Shown here: positions 1-10,186 of the stretch, one piece after another | Position numbering within the stretch: the stretch's first letter is position 1 | Layout: the number at the start of each line of letters is the position of its first letter | Assembly (NCBI GenBank): GCA_963777605.1 | Contig: CAVZRV010000023.1 | Coordinates: 1-33,888, forward strand | Length of the DNA: 33,888 nt | Direction: 5' to 3' | Origin: an uncultured Acidobacteriota bacterium | GTDB lineage: Bacteria; Acidobacteriota; UBA6911; RPQK01; JAPXNP01 | Position numbers and translations under genes: made by a program | The notes under the pieces: generated by a model | The model's database searches: none | What the model saw: the letters and a program-made list of their open reading frames with translations, nothing else | What the model was told of the DNA's origin: nothing

Positions 1-1
1 C

Positions 2-289
2 GGGGTCCCGGTCGTTTCCACCTCAAAGGGAGCGGAGGGGCTGGATGTAAAAGCCGGAGAGCATCTCTTGATTGCAGATACTCCAGTTGAAGTCCGGTCA
101 TCCTGTGTGACTCTTCTCCAGGATGCCGAACTTCGCGCGCTGCTTGCAGCCAATGCCAGAAAGCTGGTCGTCGAAAAGTACGACTGGCAGGTACTCGGGA
201 GAGCGTTCATCGAACTGGTTGAGGGTTCGTTGAAAATGGATGTGGGCTGCAGCGAATCAAACAAAATGGCATTCAGGTCAGACCGCTAA
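2..289 (+). CDS. GT4-family glycosyltransferase, C-terminal part (5'-truncated by window edge)
   Basis: Frame open from base 2: GVPVVSTSKGAEGLDVKAGEHLLIADTP...ARKLVVEKYDW, a typical GT4 C-terminal segment. Confidence 0.85.
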   Translation, partial: GVPVVSTSKGAEGLDVKAGEHLLIADTPVEVRSSCVTLLQDAELRALLAANARKLVVEKYDWQVLGRAFIELVEGSLKMDVGCSESNKMAFRSDR

Positions 290-452
290 TTGAGAAGCCT
301 TCAGAGAAGTAGTCGCAACTCTTCCTGCCATCCTCCTGAAGGGAGCCGGTTTCAGTTCCGGCCCGAACGCGCTCTAGTCTGTGGCACCGGGCTGGTCGTG
401 ATCGATCAAGCGAGGAACTCCAGCCCGAAAAGTCTGAGACGGGAGGACAGTC

Positions 453-1490
453 TTGGCAGACGGCAGACTTAAGATTGCGGTAATAAGATGGAGCGACACT
501 TGGGACGAAATTTCCCGGGCTATCGGACATGAGCTCGGAATGCTCGGGCACACCGTGGCTTTCTTCGGCCCCCAAGAGCATATTCCTCAGCATGTGGACG
601 TTGTCTTTCTATTTGCTCCCTATGGAGAGATCGTTCCGCGCCTCGAAGAGGCTGCGCTACTGACCCCTCGACCTACCGTTGTCCACTGGAACACCGAAGG
701 ATTTCCCGATCTCCGAATCCCGCTTCCGTTAACCCTGATTCTGTCGTCTGCGAGATCATGGGTCGGTCGTAACCTGCTCGGTGATCGCAGATTTCTCGGC
801 TCAATTGGTTCTCGCATGAACCGGCGAATCCTGAGATTCCGATATGTGGGAGACTATCATTTTGCATGGCGAAGAGGTCTCCTGGATGTCTATGCCGATT
901 CTTCCGAGGTGTATGCACGACTCTACAGAAGTCGGGGCATCCCGGTGGTTGTTGCGCCATGGGGAAGTGTGCCGGCCTGGTACGAAGACCTGAAACTCAA
1001 TCGAGATATCGATGTGCTTTGGATGGGCAAAAGGGGCGCTAGCCGGAGAAGCCGCTTGTTGGACCGGATTCGCACAGAGCTCTCAAATGAGGGTGTGGAA
1101 GTTCACATGGTGGATAGTGAGGAGAACCCATTTGTTTTTGGCCGGGAGCGAACCATCCTTCTCAACCGTGCCAAGATCACTTTGAACATCACGAGAACCT
1201 GGTACGATGACAACTTTTCGCGATTTGCCATCGCGGCTCCGAACCGGTCGCTGATCGTTTCGGAGCCTCTTCTCGACCACTGCCCTGAATTTCAGCCGAA
1301 CGTTCACTACATCTCGTCCCCTGTGAGCGAGATCTCGAGTTCGATACTGTATTACATCAAGAACGAGAGAGAACGTTCAGAAATCGTCGAGAAAGCGTAC
1401 GAATTGGTCACCAGCCGTCTTACCTTCCACAGGAGCATCGAGAGAATAATGGCGGCCGTTGGTGAGCATCGGTCGGGGGCACGCCTTTGA
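453..1490 (+). CDS. Glycosyltransferase, GT-B fold (CgeB/Glyco_trans_1_2-like)
   Basis: 345 aa; RDIDVLWMGK..SRRSRLL, LNRAKITLNI and YYIKNERERSEIVEKAYE resemble the Glyco_trans_1_2 C-terminal domain; lies in a glycan cluster. Confidence 0.75.
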   Translation: MADGRLKIAVIRWSDTWDEISRAIGHELGMLGHTVAFFGPQEHIPQHVDVVFLFAPYGEIVPRLEEAALLTPRPTVVHWNTEGFPDLRIPLPLTLILSSARSWVGRNLLGDRRFLGSIGSRMNRRILRFRYVGDYHFAWRRGLLDVYADSSEVYARLYRSRGIPVVVAPWGSVPAWYEDLKLNRDIDVLWMGKRGASRRSRLLDRIRTELSNEGVEVHMVDSEENPFVFGRERTILLNRAKITLNITRTWYDDNFSRFAIAAPNRSLIVSEPLLDHCPEFQPNVHYISSPVSEISSSILYYIKNERERSEIVEKAYELVTSRLTFHRSIERIMAAVGEHRSGARL

Positions 1491-1625
1491 TTTCTTTCTG
1501 TTTGGGCTACTATACCGTGATGTTCGGCAAAACGTTGCTCGGTGGGATGGACAAGCTCAGTTGGCGACTACCTTCAATTCGAGAAAGATTGCGGGTTCAA
1601 CCTGTCCAGGTCGGGAACGGAACTG

Positions 1626-2921
1626 ATGAGTGAGTCTTCACTCCGAGGGGCGACCAATCGTGCGGAAAGACTAGTCTATTTCGATCAGGTCTCGAAAGGC
1701 TACCACCTGGGACTTACCCGGACGAGCCTTCCCAGCCTGGTCTCCAACTGGATCCGGCGGCGGGGCCGGTCTGCCTCGAATTCGGGGCCGCCAGAGAAGG
1801 CCTATCTCTGGGCCCTGCGGAACGTGAGTTTTGAGCTCGAGCCCGGAGCATCTCTGGCGTTGGTAGGACCCAATGGAGCCGGCAAAACTACCATCCTGAA
1901 GCTCTTGGCCAACATCACCAAGCCGACCTCCGGTTCGATCGAGATTAACGGCAGGCTCTCTGCCCTGATCGAACTAGGGGCCGGTTTCCATCCGGAATTG
2001 ACCGGACGGGAAAACGTATTTCTCAATGGCACGATCCTGGGGCTGAAGCGCGTTGAAATTGAGGAGCGGTTCGATGAGATAGTCGACTTTTCCGAGTTGA
2101 GTCGCTTTATCGATACTCCGGTCAAACGTTATTCGTCGGGGATGACGGTCAGGCTCGGCTTTGCCGTAGCGGCCTGCATTGATCCGGAAATTTTGCTTGT
2201 CGATGAAGTGCTGGCAGTTGGAGATGCCGCATTCAGACAGAAGTGCCTGGGCCGCATCCAGGAACTTCTCGATCGGGGTACAAGTATCATCTTCGTTTCC
2301 CACAACCTGTATATGGTGCAGGCCGTCTGCCGTAAGGCGATTTATCTTCGGGACGGCACGGTCCGGCTCGCGGGGAGGACAGATCGGATCCTGGAGGCCT
2401 ACGAGTCGGATCTCCATGCGGATCGGGCCCGAAAGCTAGAGCGGGATCTGGGTGGGGAGAAGAGCTCTTCAACCCTCGGAGTAGCGATCAGCCGTGTACG
2501 GGTATCCGGCGGTAACGAATCGGAGGGACGATTGAAGAGCTCGGAGGCTGCGGAAGTACAGGTAGATTACATCGCAGAGAGTGACCTCGGCAAAGTTCAG
2601 ATGTCTCTATTCATCATCCGCTCCGACGGGATCAAGTGCTGTATGTTGCGGAGTCGCCATGCCGATTGCCGGCTGGAACTCAGAAAGGGGTCGGGGCGGG
2701 TGACGGTCCGGCTCGAACCGCTTCAACTGATTACGGGGACCTACTTTGTCGAAGCCTATTTTCTGAACCACGAGGATGCCTTGAGTCTGACTCCCGGTCC
2801 CGCCCGTTCGGAATGGTTTCATGTCAAGGGCTCGGCTTGGAACTACGAAGATGAAAGCGGGGTCTACGAGCCGAAAGCAATCTGGTCGCACTCAGGAGAT
2901 CTTCGGACTCAGGGGCTCTAA
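1626..2921 (+). CDS. wzt: Polysaccharide ABC transporter ATP-binding protein with C-terminal Wzt_C-like domain
   Basis: WALRNVSF, Walker A GPNGAGKTT, GAGFHPELTGRENV, YSSGM signature, LLVDEVLAVGD, VSH; beta-rich C-terminal extension. ATG 1626 preferred to GTG 1542. Confidence 0.92.
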   Translation: MSESSLRGATNRAERLVYFDQVSKGYHLGLTRTSLPSLVSNWIRRRGRSASNSGPPEKAYLWALRNVSFELEPGASLALVGPNGAGKTTILKLLANITKPTSGSIEINGRLSALIELGAGFHPELTGRENVFLNGTILGLKRVEIEERFDEIVDFSELSRFIDTPVKRYSSGMTVRLGFAVAACIDPEILLVDEVLAVGDAAFRQKCLGRIQELLDRGTSIIFVSHNLYMVQAVCRKAIYLRDGTVRLAGRTDRILEAYESDLHADRARKLERDLGGEKSSSTLGVAISRVRVSGGNESEGRLKSSEAAEVQVDYIAESDLGKVQMSLFIIRSDGIKCCMLRSRHADCRLELRKGSGRVTVRLEPLQLITGTYFVEAYFLNHEDALSLTPGPARSEWFHVKGSAWNYEDESGVYEPKAIWSHSGDLRTQGL

Positions 2922-2928
2922 AACTACA

Positions 2929-3723
2929 ATGGCAAATGTTGACCTGGCTCACGCGCCTAGCATTCTGCGCTCCCGCGATCTCCTTTGGGAATGGACTCGA
3001 CGTAACATCCGTTCCCGCTACCAGCAGTCGGTGCTGGGCTGGCTTTGGGCCATTCTGCAACCGGCGGGACAGGTTGCCATCTTCACCGTCGTTTTCACGT
3101 TCGTTGTTCGCGTGGATACGGGCGACACGCCCTACATCATCTTCTCCTACGTCGCAATCGTTCCCTGGACTTTCCTGGCCATGTCTCTGACGGATATGTC
3201 CAATTCTATCGTTGAGAATATGAGCCTGGTGACCAAGATCTACTTCCCAAGAGAGATCCTGCCCATAGCCGCCATGCTGGCGCGACTGTTGGACTTTGCC
3301 GTAGCGTCATCAATTGTGGTTCTGCTGATGTTGGTTTACCGGGTCGACATTTCGATCCCTGCTCTGCTCTCGATCCCGGTCATTCTGGCCGTCCACTTGA
3401 TGCTGGTGATCGGCCTCGGACTTCTGCTCAGCGCAGCCAATGTTTTTGTTCGAGATGTCCGGTCGATTCTCGTGCTCGGAATACAGCTCTGGTTTTATGC
3501 CTCACCGACCCTCTACCCTGTTTCGATGATCCCCGCAGCCTACCGGCCCTACTACTACCTGAACCCGATGGCTGGAATCATCGAATCCTACCGGGGGGCC
3601 CTCCTTCACGGTCAGGTCCCGGGGTTACAGTTGCTGATTTCCGCGGCGCCATCACTGCTGGTCTTTATCGCGGGCTACTGGATCTTCAAGCGAGTCGAAT
3701 TTAGATTTGCAGACATCATCTGA
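2929..3723 (+). CDS. wzm: Polysaccharide ABC-2 transporter permease
   Basis: RYQQSVLGWLWAILQP, LVTKIYFPREILP, FYASPTLYP, LNPMAGIIESYR, C-terminal FADII; ATG 2929 lies just after the wzt stop. Confidence 0.92.
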   Translation: MANVDLAHAPSILRSRDLLWEWTRRNIRSRYQQSVLGWLWAILQPAGQVAIFTVVFTFVVRVDTGDTPYIIFSYVAIVPWTFLAMSLTDMSNSIVENMSLVTKIYFPREILPIAAMLARLLDFAVASSIVVLLMLVYRVDISIPALLSIPVILAVHLMLVIGLGLLLSAANVFVRDVRSILVLGIQLWFYASPTLYPVSMIPAAYRPYYYLNPMAGIIESYRGALLHGQVPGLQLLISAAPSLLVFIAGYWIFKRVEFRFADII

Positions 3724-3738
3724 TCTCAGCTATTTACC

Positions 3739-5148
3739 ATGACCCAATCGCCGACCGTCAGTGTCATCATCCCCACCTACGGCGGAGCTGTTATCCTGCC
3801 CGAGGCAATCCGGAGTGTGTTGGGGCAGACTTTTGAAGGCTTCGAGATCGTTGTGGTCGACGACTGCTCTCCCGACAACACGACGGAAGTGGTGCAGGCG
3901 TTTGGCGACCCCCGAATCAAGTACCTGCGGAACAATCAAAACCAGGGGGCTTTTGCGGCGCGAAGGACGGGAGTATCTGCTTCAAAGGGCCGCTTCATCG
4001 CTTTTCTCGATCAAGACGACATCTTTCACCCCGAGAAGCTTGCCTGCCATGTTCAGTTCTTGAATGCCCGACCTGAAGTCGGGAGCAGCTGCAATGCCCG
4101 ATTCAATGTCGAGTTTCCGTCCAAGAAAATACTGGGCATCTGGAATCCGCCCGAGAATGTAAGTTTGTCCGATCTAATCCTCGGCTTTCCAATATCGCCA
4201 AGTGATGCGGTAGTGCGAAGGGAATGGGCACTTCGAGAGGACGTCTGGGATGACAGCTTTGCCCGTCGACGCGGAAGTCAAGTCATCTTCAACGGAGGCG
4301 AGTTCATCATCTGGGGACGGATGGCTCTCTCGGGCTGCCGAATTGAGAACGTGGGTCGGGTGCTCAATTACCGTCGCTACCACGAAGGACGAATCCTGAG
4401 CGACCTGATTGGGCGGTGTGAGGCCGAGAGGCGGTGCCAGGAACTCATCCTGTCCGACGCGCGGTGTCCGGAAGCGGTTCGGCGACTTAGCTGGTTGGCC
4501 TTTTCGGAAACTTTCCTGGTCTGGATCTATTCCGCATTTTCCCAGGGTGAGCCCGAGACGGGACGCACTCTCCTGCGAAATGCATTGGAGGAATTCCCGG
4601 CTCTCTCATACGGAACTCCTCCGAGGATCGTCGATCAGCTCTTTCGGAAGGCGCTGAGCCCCGGAGCCGGGGATGGAGGCAGAACGCTGAGGGCTATTTT
4701 CCAAGACCTGCCTATAGAACTTCGTCCGTCAAAAAAGGAACAGGCGTTGATGGAAGGCCATGTCTTCTTGACGGTCTTCTGTCGCAATGCCATCTGGAAC
4801 CGGTCGAACCCGCTTCCCTTTCCCTCTCTGCCGTCAGATTATATTCCGGGCGACGAGATCCTTTCCGATATTTCCCATCAATTGCACTGCTACGAGCTGG
4901 CATACGGAGCTCAATCCGCCGAGATGCATCTCCAGAGCCTCGCGCGGGACCTAAAAGAGTTCTTTCCCGGCCTGGTGAGACGAGTGCGGGGACGATATCA
5001 CTTCAACCGGGCATTGGCGGCACACCGCGAAAACCAACGTTTCAAGTGTTTCAGGACCGCCGTCAAAGCGGTCTTTCATGACGCGACGTACCTTGGAAAC
5101 CGGGGGCTCTATTCCCTGCTGCTTTCACTGGGCCGTTCCTCGGACTGA
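3739..5148 (+). CDS. GT2-family glycosyltransferase with long helical C-terminal extension
   Basis: VSVIIPTY, EIVVVDDCSPDNT, FIAFLDQDD (DxD) GT-A motifs. Confidence 0.9.
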   Translation: MTQSPTVSVIIPTYGGAVILPEAIRSVLGQTFEGFEIVVVDDCSPDNTTEVVQAFGDPRIKYLRNNQNQGAFAARRTGVSASKGRFIAFLDQDDIFHPEKLACHVQFLNARPEVGSSCNARFNVEFPSKKILGIWNPPENVSLSDLILGFPISPSDAVVRREWALREDVWDDSFARRRGSQVIFNGGEFIIWGRMALSGCRIENVGRVLNYRRYHEGRILSDLIGRCEAERRCQELILSDARCPEAVRRLSWLAFSETFLVWIYSAFSQGEPETGRTLLRNALEEFPALSYGTPPRIVDQLFRKALSPGAGDGGRTLRAIFQDLPIELRPSKKEQALMEGHVFLTVFCRNAIWNRSNPLPFPSLPSDYIPGDEILSDISHQLHCYELAYGAQSAEMHLQSLARDLKEFFPGLVRRVRGRYHFNRALAAHRENQRFKCFRTAVKAVFHDATYLGNRGLYSLLLSLGRSSD

Positions 5149-5196
5149 TCGGCTCAAAGTAGCTTCAACGCTGTCTCTCGGTAGTCTGGAAACAGA

Positions 5197-6258
5197 ATGA
5201 ATTCGCACGTCTGCCTGTTAGTGCTTGGGGTGGGAGGGAATGTGAGCCAAGGCATTCTAAAGGCACTGGCGCGATCCAGTCTTAATGTCCGGGTGATAGG
5301 AGCCTGCATTTCCCCGCTTTCTGCCGGACTCTACATGGTGGATCGTTCCTACCTCTCTCCACGGGCTACGGATCCGCAGTTTTTGGATTGGCTGGTCACA
5401 ACTTGCAGGAAAGAAGGGGTTAACGGGATCCTGTCGGGAGTGGAACCGGTCCTCCAAGTGCTGGCCCGGAACCTGGATGTAATCCAACGTGAGACCGGAG
5501 CCGTCTGTCTGGTCAGTTCCCCAGGCTGCCTGGAACTGGGTCAGGATAAGTTACTCCTCTGCCAGTGGCTCGAGAGACACTCTTTCAATACTCCTCGGTT
5601 CGCGAATTTGGAAGACCTGGAGGCCGTAGAAAACCTTATCGATGGATGCGGCTTTCCTTTGATTGCCAAACCCCGGTCGGGAAGAGGGGGCGTTGGGATA
5701 GTCGAAATCAACAACCGTGAGGACCTCTCTCTCATGGTCAGGAAGAAACGCTACCTGCTCCAGGAGCGGCTTGGCCATCCGGACTGCGAATATACGACCG
5801 GCACCTTCTCCGACCGCGAAGGTCGGGTACGAGGAGTGATCACGATGCGTCGCGACCTGGAGCACGGGACAACCTATCGAGCCGAAATCGGGGATTTTCG
5901 CGAGGTCGCGGAAGAGGCCAGGAAAGTCGTCACGGCCCTCCACCCTCTCGGCCCGTGTAATGTCCAGTCCCGGCTCGTGGACGGCCAGTCGATCTCCTTC
6001 GAGGTCAATGTCCGCTTTTCAGGCACTGTGCCGATGCGCGCTCATGCTGGCTTTAACGATGTGGAAGAGGCCGTCCGTCATTACATTATCGGCGAGCCGG
6101 CAAGAGATCTCCCCAAGGTGACGAACGGAGTATGCCTCCGGTACTGGAATGAGATTTATGTGGCTGCCGAAGCGGTCCGGGAACTGGAGCAGGAACGAAC
6201 TCTGAACCGCCCCTCCTCCCAAGAAGTCCAGCTCGAGGATTTTGGGATGTCGAAATGA
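5197..6258 (+). CDS. ATP-grasp protein (carbamoyl-phosphate-synthase-like, single ATP-grasp domain)
   Basis: QDKL, FPLIAKPRSGRGGVG, YLLQE, EYT, GPCNVQ, FEVNVRFSGT motifs. Confidence 0.85.
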   Translation: MNSHVCLLVLGVGGNVSQGILKALARSSLNVRVIGACISPLSAGLYMVDRSYLSPRATDPQFLDWLVTTCRKEGVNGILSGVEPVLQVLARNLDVIQRETGAVCLVSSPGCLELGQDKLLLCQWLERHSFNTPRFANLEDLEAVENLIDGCGFPLIAKPRSGRGGVGIVEINNREDLSLMVRKKRYLLQERLGHPDCEYTTGTFSDREGRVRGVITMRRDLEHGTTYRAEIGDFREVAEEARKVVTALHPLGPCNVQSRLVDGQSISFEVNVRFSGTVPMRAHAGFNDVEEAVRHYIIGEPARDLPKVTNGVCLRYWNEIYVAAEAVRELEQERTLNRPSSQEVQLEDFGMSK

Positions 6259-7151
6259 GAATCCTGATTTCAGGGCATACAGGTAATGTGTGCCGGACGG
6301 TCGCCGAGTTGCTCGTAGAGGAGGGACACGAGATCTGTGGAGTAAGTCGGCATGGTGCCGGTAACCCGGCGTTCTCGTCGAGCCTCGAAGCTGACATTGG
6401 GAGTCGTCACGGTGTAGAGTCAATCCTGGATCTCGGCAGGTGCGATGCAATCCTCCACGCGGCAGCAGTGCTGGATGGAGGGCTCTTTACCTCCGAAGTC
6501 ACCATTGCCAACTGCCTGGGCACCCAGAACATGCTCCGAATTGCCTCGGAGTGGAAAACAGTGGCGTTTATCTACCTGTCGAGCGTGCCGGTAATCGGTC
6601 TCCCCCGGACCCTCCCGATCACGGAGGATCATCCTATCGCGCCCGAATCCGTGTATCATGCCTCTAAGCTCTTCGGGGAACACCTGTGTCGAATTGCCGG
6701 CGGGCAGGGAATCAGAACGTTGGTCCTCCGACTTACCTCTCCCATCGGTCCCGGAATGCCTGCAAATCGAATCCTTTCAGTTTTCATTAGGAGGGCCCTG
6801 AGAGGAGAATTACTGGAATTGAAGGGCAGAGGGAGACGGCGTCAGGACTACGTGGATGTCCGCGACGTGGCATGGGTGATTCAAGAGGCTCTCAAGAAAG
6901 GCGCTTCGGGCCTGTTCAACATAGCCGGAGGGCGGAGCGTGTCCAACTTTGAGCTGGCTGAAAGGGTAATCGGTGCTCTGGGATCCTCGTCGCGGGTCGC
7001 TTTCTCAGGAGTACCGGATCGGGATGACGATCTAAACTGGAGCGTCTCGATTGAAAAGGCATCCCGGTCTCTTGACTACCACCCGCGGCACGAACTGGAG
7101 GATTCTGTCCGTTGGATTGCAGGCTGCTATGAGAGTGGCTCTTATCAGTGA
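6255..7151 (+). CDS. NAD-dependent epimerase/dehydratase (extended SDR)
   Basis: ILISGHTGNVC Rossmann loop, HAAA, YLSS, YHASK (YxxxK), QDYVDVRDVA, FNIAGG; ATGA overlap with the upstream gene. Confidence 0.9.
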   Translation: MRILISGHTGNVCRTVAELLVEEGHEICGVSRHGAGNPAFSSSLEADIGSRHGVESILDLGRCDAILHAAAVLDGGLFTSEVTIANCLGTQNMLRIASEWKTVAFIYLSSVPVIGLPRTLPITEDHPIAPESVYHASKLFGEHLCRIAGGQGIRTLVLRLTSPIGPGMPANRILSVFIRRALRGELLELKGRGRRRQDYVDVRDVAWVIQEALKKGASGLFNIAGGRSVSNFELAERVIGALGSSSRVAFSGVPDRDDDLNWSVSIEKASRSLDYHPRHELEDSVRWIAGCYESGSYQ

Positions 7152-7803
7152 CATCCATGCCAACCACGAGGCTTTAAAGGCTCTCTCGGATGTTCTGGCA
7201 GAGGCCGACCAGGTTGTTTGCCTGGGAGACTTGGTGGGCTATTACTGCCAGGTGAACGAGGTAATCGACGCGCTGCGCGACCTGAAAGCCCTCTGTATTC
7301 TTGGAAACCACGACTACTTTCTGCTGAATGGGACCCCTCTTGACGCCAATGAAAGCGTGAAGTTCGGCATCGACTACGCGGATGCAGTCATTGACCCCGA
7401 ACATCGCCGATGGCTTTCGAGTTTGCCCGTCAACTGGGGCGGTCAGATCGGTCCAAAACTCTTCAATCTGGTTCACGGCAGTCCGTGGCGTCCAGTACAT
7501 GACTATCTTTACTCGGATAGCCCCAAACTGGAAGGACTGAGCGAATTCGATTATGACGTGATTGCCTTCGGTCAGACGCATCGTCCCTTTTTGAGGGCGA
7601 ATCAGCGGCCATGGCTGGTCAACCCTGGTTCGGTCGGCCAGTCCCGGCATCGGCCAAATATGGCGTGTGCCGTGGTCATCGATATGGACTCCGGACACTG
7701 CTCGACGATTCAGCGGGTTTTCGATCCGGAAACCGTGATCCGCCTGGTCAGAGACAACGGCGGCGGTAATTGGGCCGGCAGGCACTTTGCTCCTCGGAGT
7801 TGA
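7129..7803 (+). CDS. Calcineurin-like metallophosphoesterase
   Basis: ISDIHAN, CLGDLVGY, GNHD, VHGSP, GQTH (usually GHTH), VNPGSVGQ; ATG 7129 (MRVALISD). Confidence 0.88.
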   Translation: MRVALISDIHANHEALKALSDVLAEADQVVCLGDLVGYYCQVNEVIDALRDLKALCILGNHDYFLLNGTPLDANESVKFGIDYADAVIDPEHRRWLSSLPVNWGGQIGPKLFNLVHGSPWRPVHDYLYSDSPKLEGLSEFDYDVIAFGQTHRPFLRANQRPWLVNPGSVGQSRHRPNMACAVVIDMDSGHCSTIQRVFDPETVIRLVRDNGGGNWAGRHFAPRS

Positions 7804-7830
7804 GCCATTTCCAGGGATGTCCCCATTGCC

Positions 7831-9036
7831 ATGAATGAAGCTATCAGGATTCCTTTCAACAAGCCTACCCTTATCGGGCGGGAACTGTTCTACATCTCGC
7901 AAGTGATTCTGAGCGGCAAGTCAGCCGGCGATGCAGGCTTCACACGACGCTGCCATTCGCTGCTGGAGACGGCCTTGGGCGTTCCTCGGGTTCTTTTAAC
8001 CACCTCCTGCACGGATGCTCTCGAAATGGCGGCGTTGCTGCTCCGGCTGGAGCCTGGTGACGAAGTAATTGTTCCGTCTTATACCTTCGTCTCAACGGCA
8101 AACGCCTTCGTCTTGCGGGGTGCCCGGCCGGTCTTCATCGACATCCGGGAGGACACCCTGAATCTAAATGAGAAGCTGCTGGAATCGAAGATTACGCCAC
8201 GAACCAAGGCGATCGTCCCGGTTCATTATGCTGGGGTCGGGTGTGAGATGGACGACATCACAGGGGTGGCTTCCAGCCATGGGATTCCCGTGGTGGAAGA
8301 CAACGCCCACGGCCTTTTCGGGAAGTACAAAGGGCGGTTCCTGGGAACTTTTGGGACTTTCGCTGCCCAGAGTTTCCACGAGACGAAGAACTTCATCTGT
8401 GGAGAAGGTGGCGCCATCCTCATAAACGACTCGAGCTACTTGGATCGGGCTGAGGTCGTCCGAGAGAAGGGAACTAATCGGAGTCGCTTCTTCCGGGGCG
8501 AGGTAGACAAATATAGTTGGGTCGATGTCGGATCGAGTTTTCTCCCTTCCGATATCCTCGCGGCTTTTCTCTTTGCCCAGTTGGAGGCACGTGCCGAGAT
8601 CCAAACCCGCCGGAGCTACATTTGGAAGTACTATTGGGACCAACTGACGGACTGGGCCGCCGAAAATGGTGTTCGGATGCCTATCGTCCCCGATTACTGC
8701 GAACAGTCCTATCACATGTTTTACCTCATACTTCCCTCGCTCGATGCCCGGCAAGGCCTGATCGATCACCTCAAGAAGCGGGGGATTCTGAGTGTTTTTC
8801 ATTACCTTCCCCTGCATCTCTCTGAGATGGGTCTGCGGTTTGGCGGACGATCAGGAGATTGCCCGGTGACCGAGTCAGTGAGTGACCGGCTCCTCCGCAT
8901 CCCTTTCTACAATGACTTGACCGAAGCGGAATTGGAGCAGGTGGTGGGAGCGATTCGTGCGTATCGAGTTCGAAAAGCGGATACCGCGCGACGGGGCAAC
9001 TCGGGTTGCCGGACCGGGGGAGATCCGAATCAGTGA
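7831..9036 (+). CDS. rffA: dTDP-4-amino-4,6-dideoxygalactose transaminase (DegT/DnrJ family, RffA/WecE type)
   Basis: IPFNKP, LLTTSCTDALEM, PSYTFVSTANAF, SFHETKN (PLP lysine), REKGTNRSRFFRGEVDKYSWVD, VFHYLPLH. Confidence 0.92.
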   Translation: MNEAIRIPFNKPTLIGRELFYISQVILSGKSAGDAGFTRRCHSLLETALGVPRVLLTTSCTDALEMAALLLRLEPGDEVIVPSYTFVSTANAFVLRGARPVFIDIREDTLNLNEKLLESKITPRTKAIVPVHYAGVGCEMDDITGVASSHGIPVVEDNAHGLFGKYKGRFLGTFGTFAAQSFHETKNFICGEGGAILINDSSYLDRAEVVREKGTNRSRFFRGEVDKYSWVDVGSSFLPSDILAAFLFAQLEARAEIQTRRSYIWKYYWDQLTDWAAENGVRMPIVPDYCEQSYHMFYLILPSLDARQGLIDHLKKRGILSVFHYLPLHLSEMGLRFGGRSGDCPVTESVSDRLLRIPFYNDLTEAELEQVVGAIRAYRVRKADTARRGNSGCRTGGDPNQ

Positions 9037-10058
9037 ATGAATCAAGGTTTCGCATCGGGGTTGCCAACGAAGAAACGTGGCGTTTCTTCGCTGACATCCA
9101 CGAGGATCTGAAGCGCCACTATGAAGTCAGCGTGTTCAAGCGCAGGCAAGTCCACTGGCCGATATTCAACACCCGAATCAACCGGTATCGTTTCAATCGG
9201 GATATGAAGGTTTTTCTGGCTTCGAACGACCTGGTCTTCTTTGAATGGGCAAGCGGTTTGCTGGCCGATGCGACGAGACTTCCCAAGACGTGCCGGGTCG
9301 TGACTCGGCTCCACCGATATGAATTGTACGAGTGGGCCGACCGAATCAACTGGGACCGGGTCGATCGAGTGATCTTTGTGAGCCAGGCCACTCAGCGGGA
9401 ATTCAACGACCGGTTTCCCGATCACGCCACCAAGACGCGGGTGATCGCGTCTTCCGCCTCCATGACTCGTTATCATTTCTCCCCAAGGGACTATCGCGGA
9501 AACCTTGGCATTCTCTGCCACTTGACCCCCAGAAAGAGAGTCTACGATCTGATTTTGACGGTGGCCGAGATGCTTCAGGAAGGCGATGACTTCCACCTCC
9601 ATATTGGTGGAGGTGACCATCCTTCCTTTGGCGATTACTCAAAAGCTCTTCGAACGATCGTGGAAAAGCTCCGGTTGGAAGACCTTGTCACCTTCTACGG
9701 ACATGTTGAGGACACTCCCAAGTGGCTCGGTAATATCGATGTCTTCATATCGCACAGCTACTCGGAAGGGCTCCAGGCGGCACCGATCGAAGCGATGGCG
9801 ACGGGATGCTACACCCTGGTGCATGGCTGGCAGGGAGCCGAAGAACTCGTTCCCGGAGACTGCATCTACTACACCGCCAAAGAACTCAAAAGAAAGCTGC
9901 GAGCATACGCATCTTCCTCGGCGGACGAAAAATCGACTCAGCAGCGTCGGATGAGATCCGTCGCCCGTGAGAAATTCGACGTCGACGAGAAGAAGGTCGA
10001 GATTCGGGAACTGATTGATGAACTGTGCTCGAACGATCATGAAATGGCGCCGCCCTGA
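9033..10058 (+). CDS. GT4-family glycosyltransferase
   Basis: TPRKRV and DVFISHSYSEGLQAAPIEAMATG (Ex7E motif); GTG 9033 overlaps the rffA TGA. Confidence 0.88.
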   Translation: MNESRFRIGVANEETWRFFADIHEDLKRHYEVSVFKRRQVHWPIFNTRINRYRFNRDMKVFLASNDLVFFEWASGLLADATRLPKTCRVVTRLHRYELYEWADRINWDRVDRVIFVSQATQREFNDRFPDHATKTRVIASSASMTRYHFSPRDYRGNLGILCHLTPRKRVYDLILTVAEMLQEGDDFHLHIGGGDHPSFGDYSKALRTIVEKLRLEDLVTFYGHVEDTPKWLGNIDVFISHSYSEGLQAAPIEAMATGCYTLVHGWQGAEELVPGDCIYYTAKELKRKLRAYASSSADEKSTQQRRMRSVAREKFDVDEKKVEIRELIDELCSNDHEMAPP

Positions 10059-10186
10059 TTTGAGGGCTGGTTTCGATGTCGGGGCCGTTTGGCAAACTCG
10101 GACGATCCCGGACCCAGGGAAACCAGGGCGGGAGACCGGAGGCCGGGATCTTGGCCTCTGGGCTCTTTGCTCGGCAAGGGATCTTC

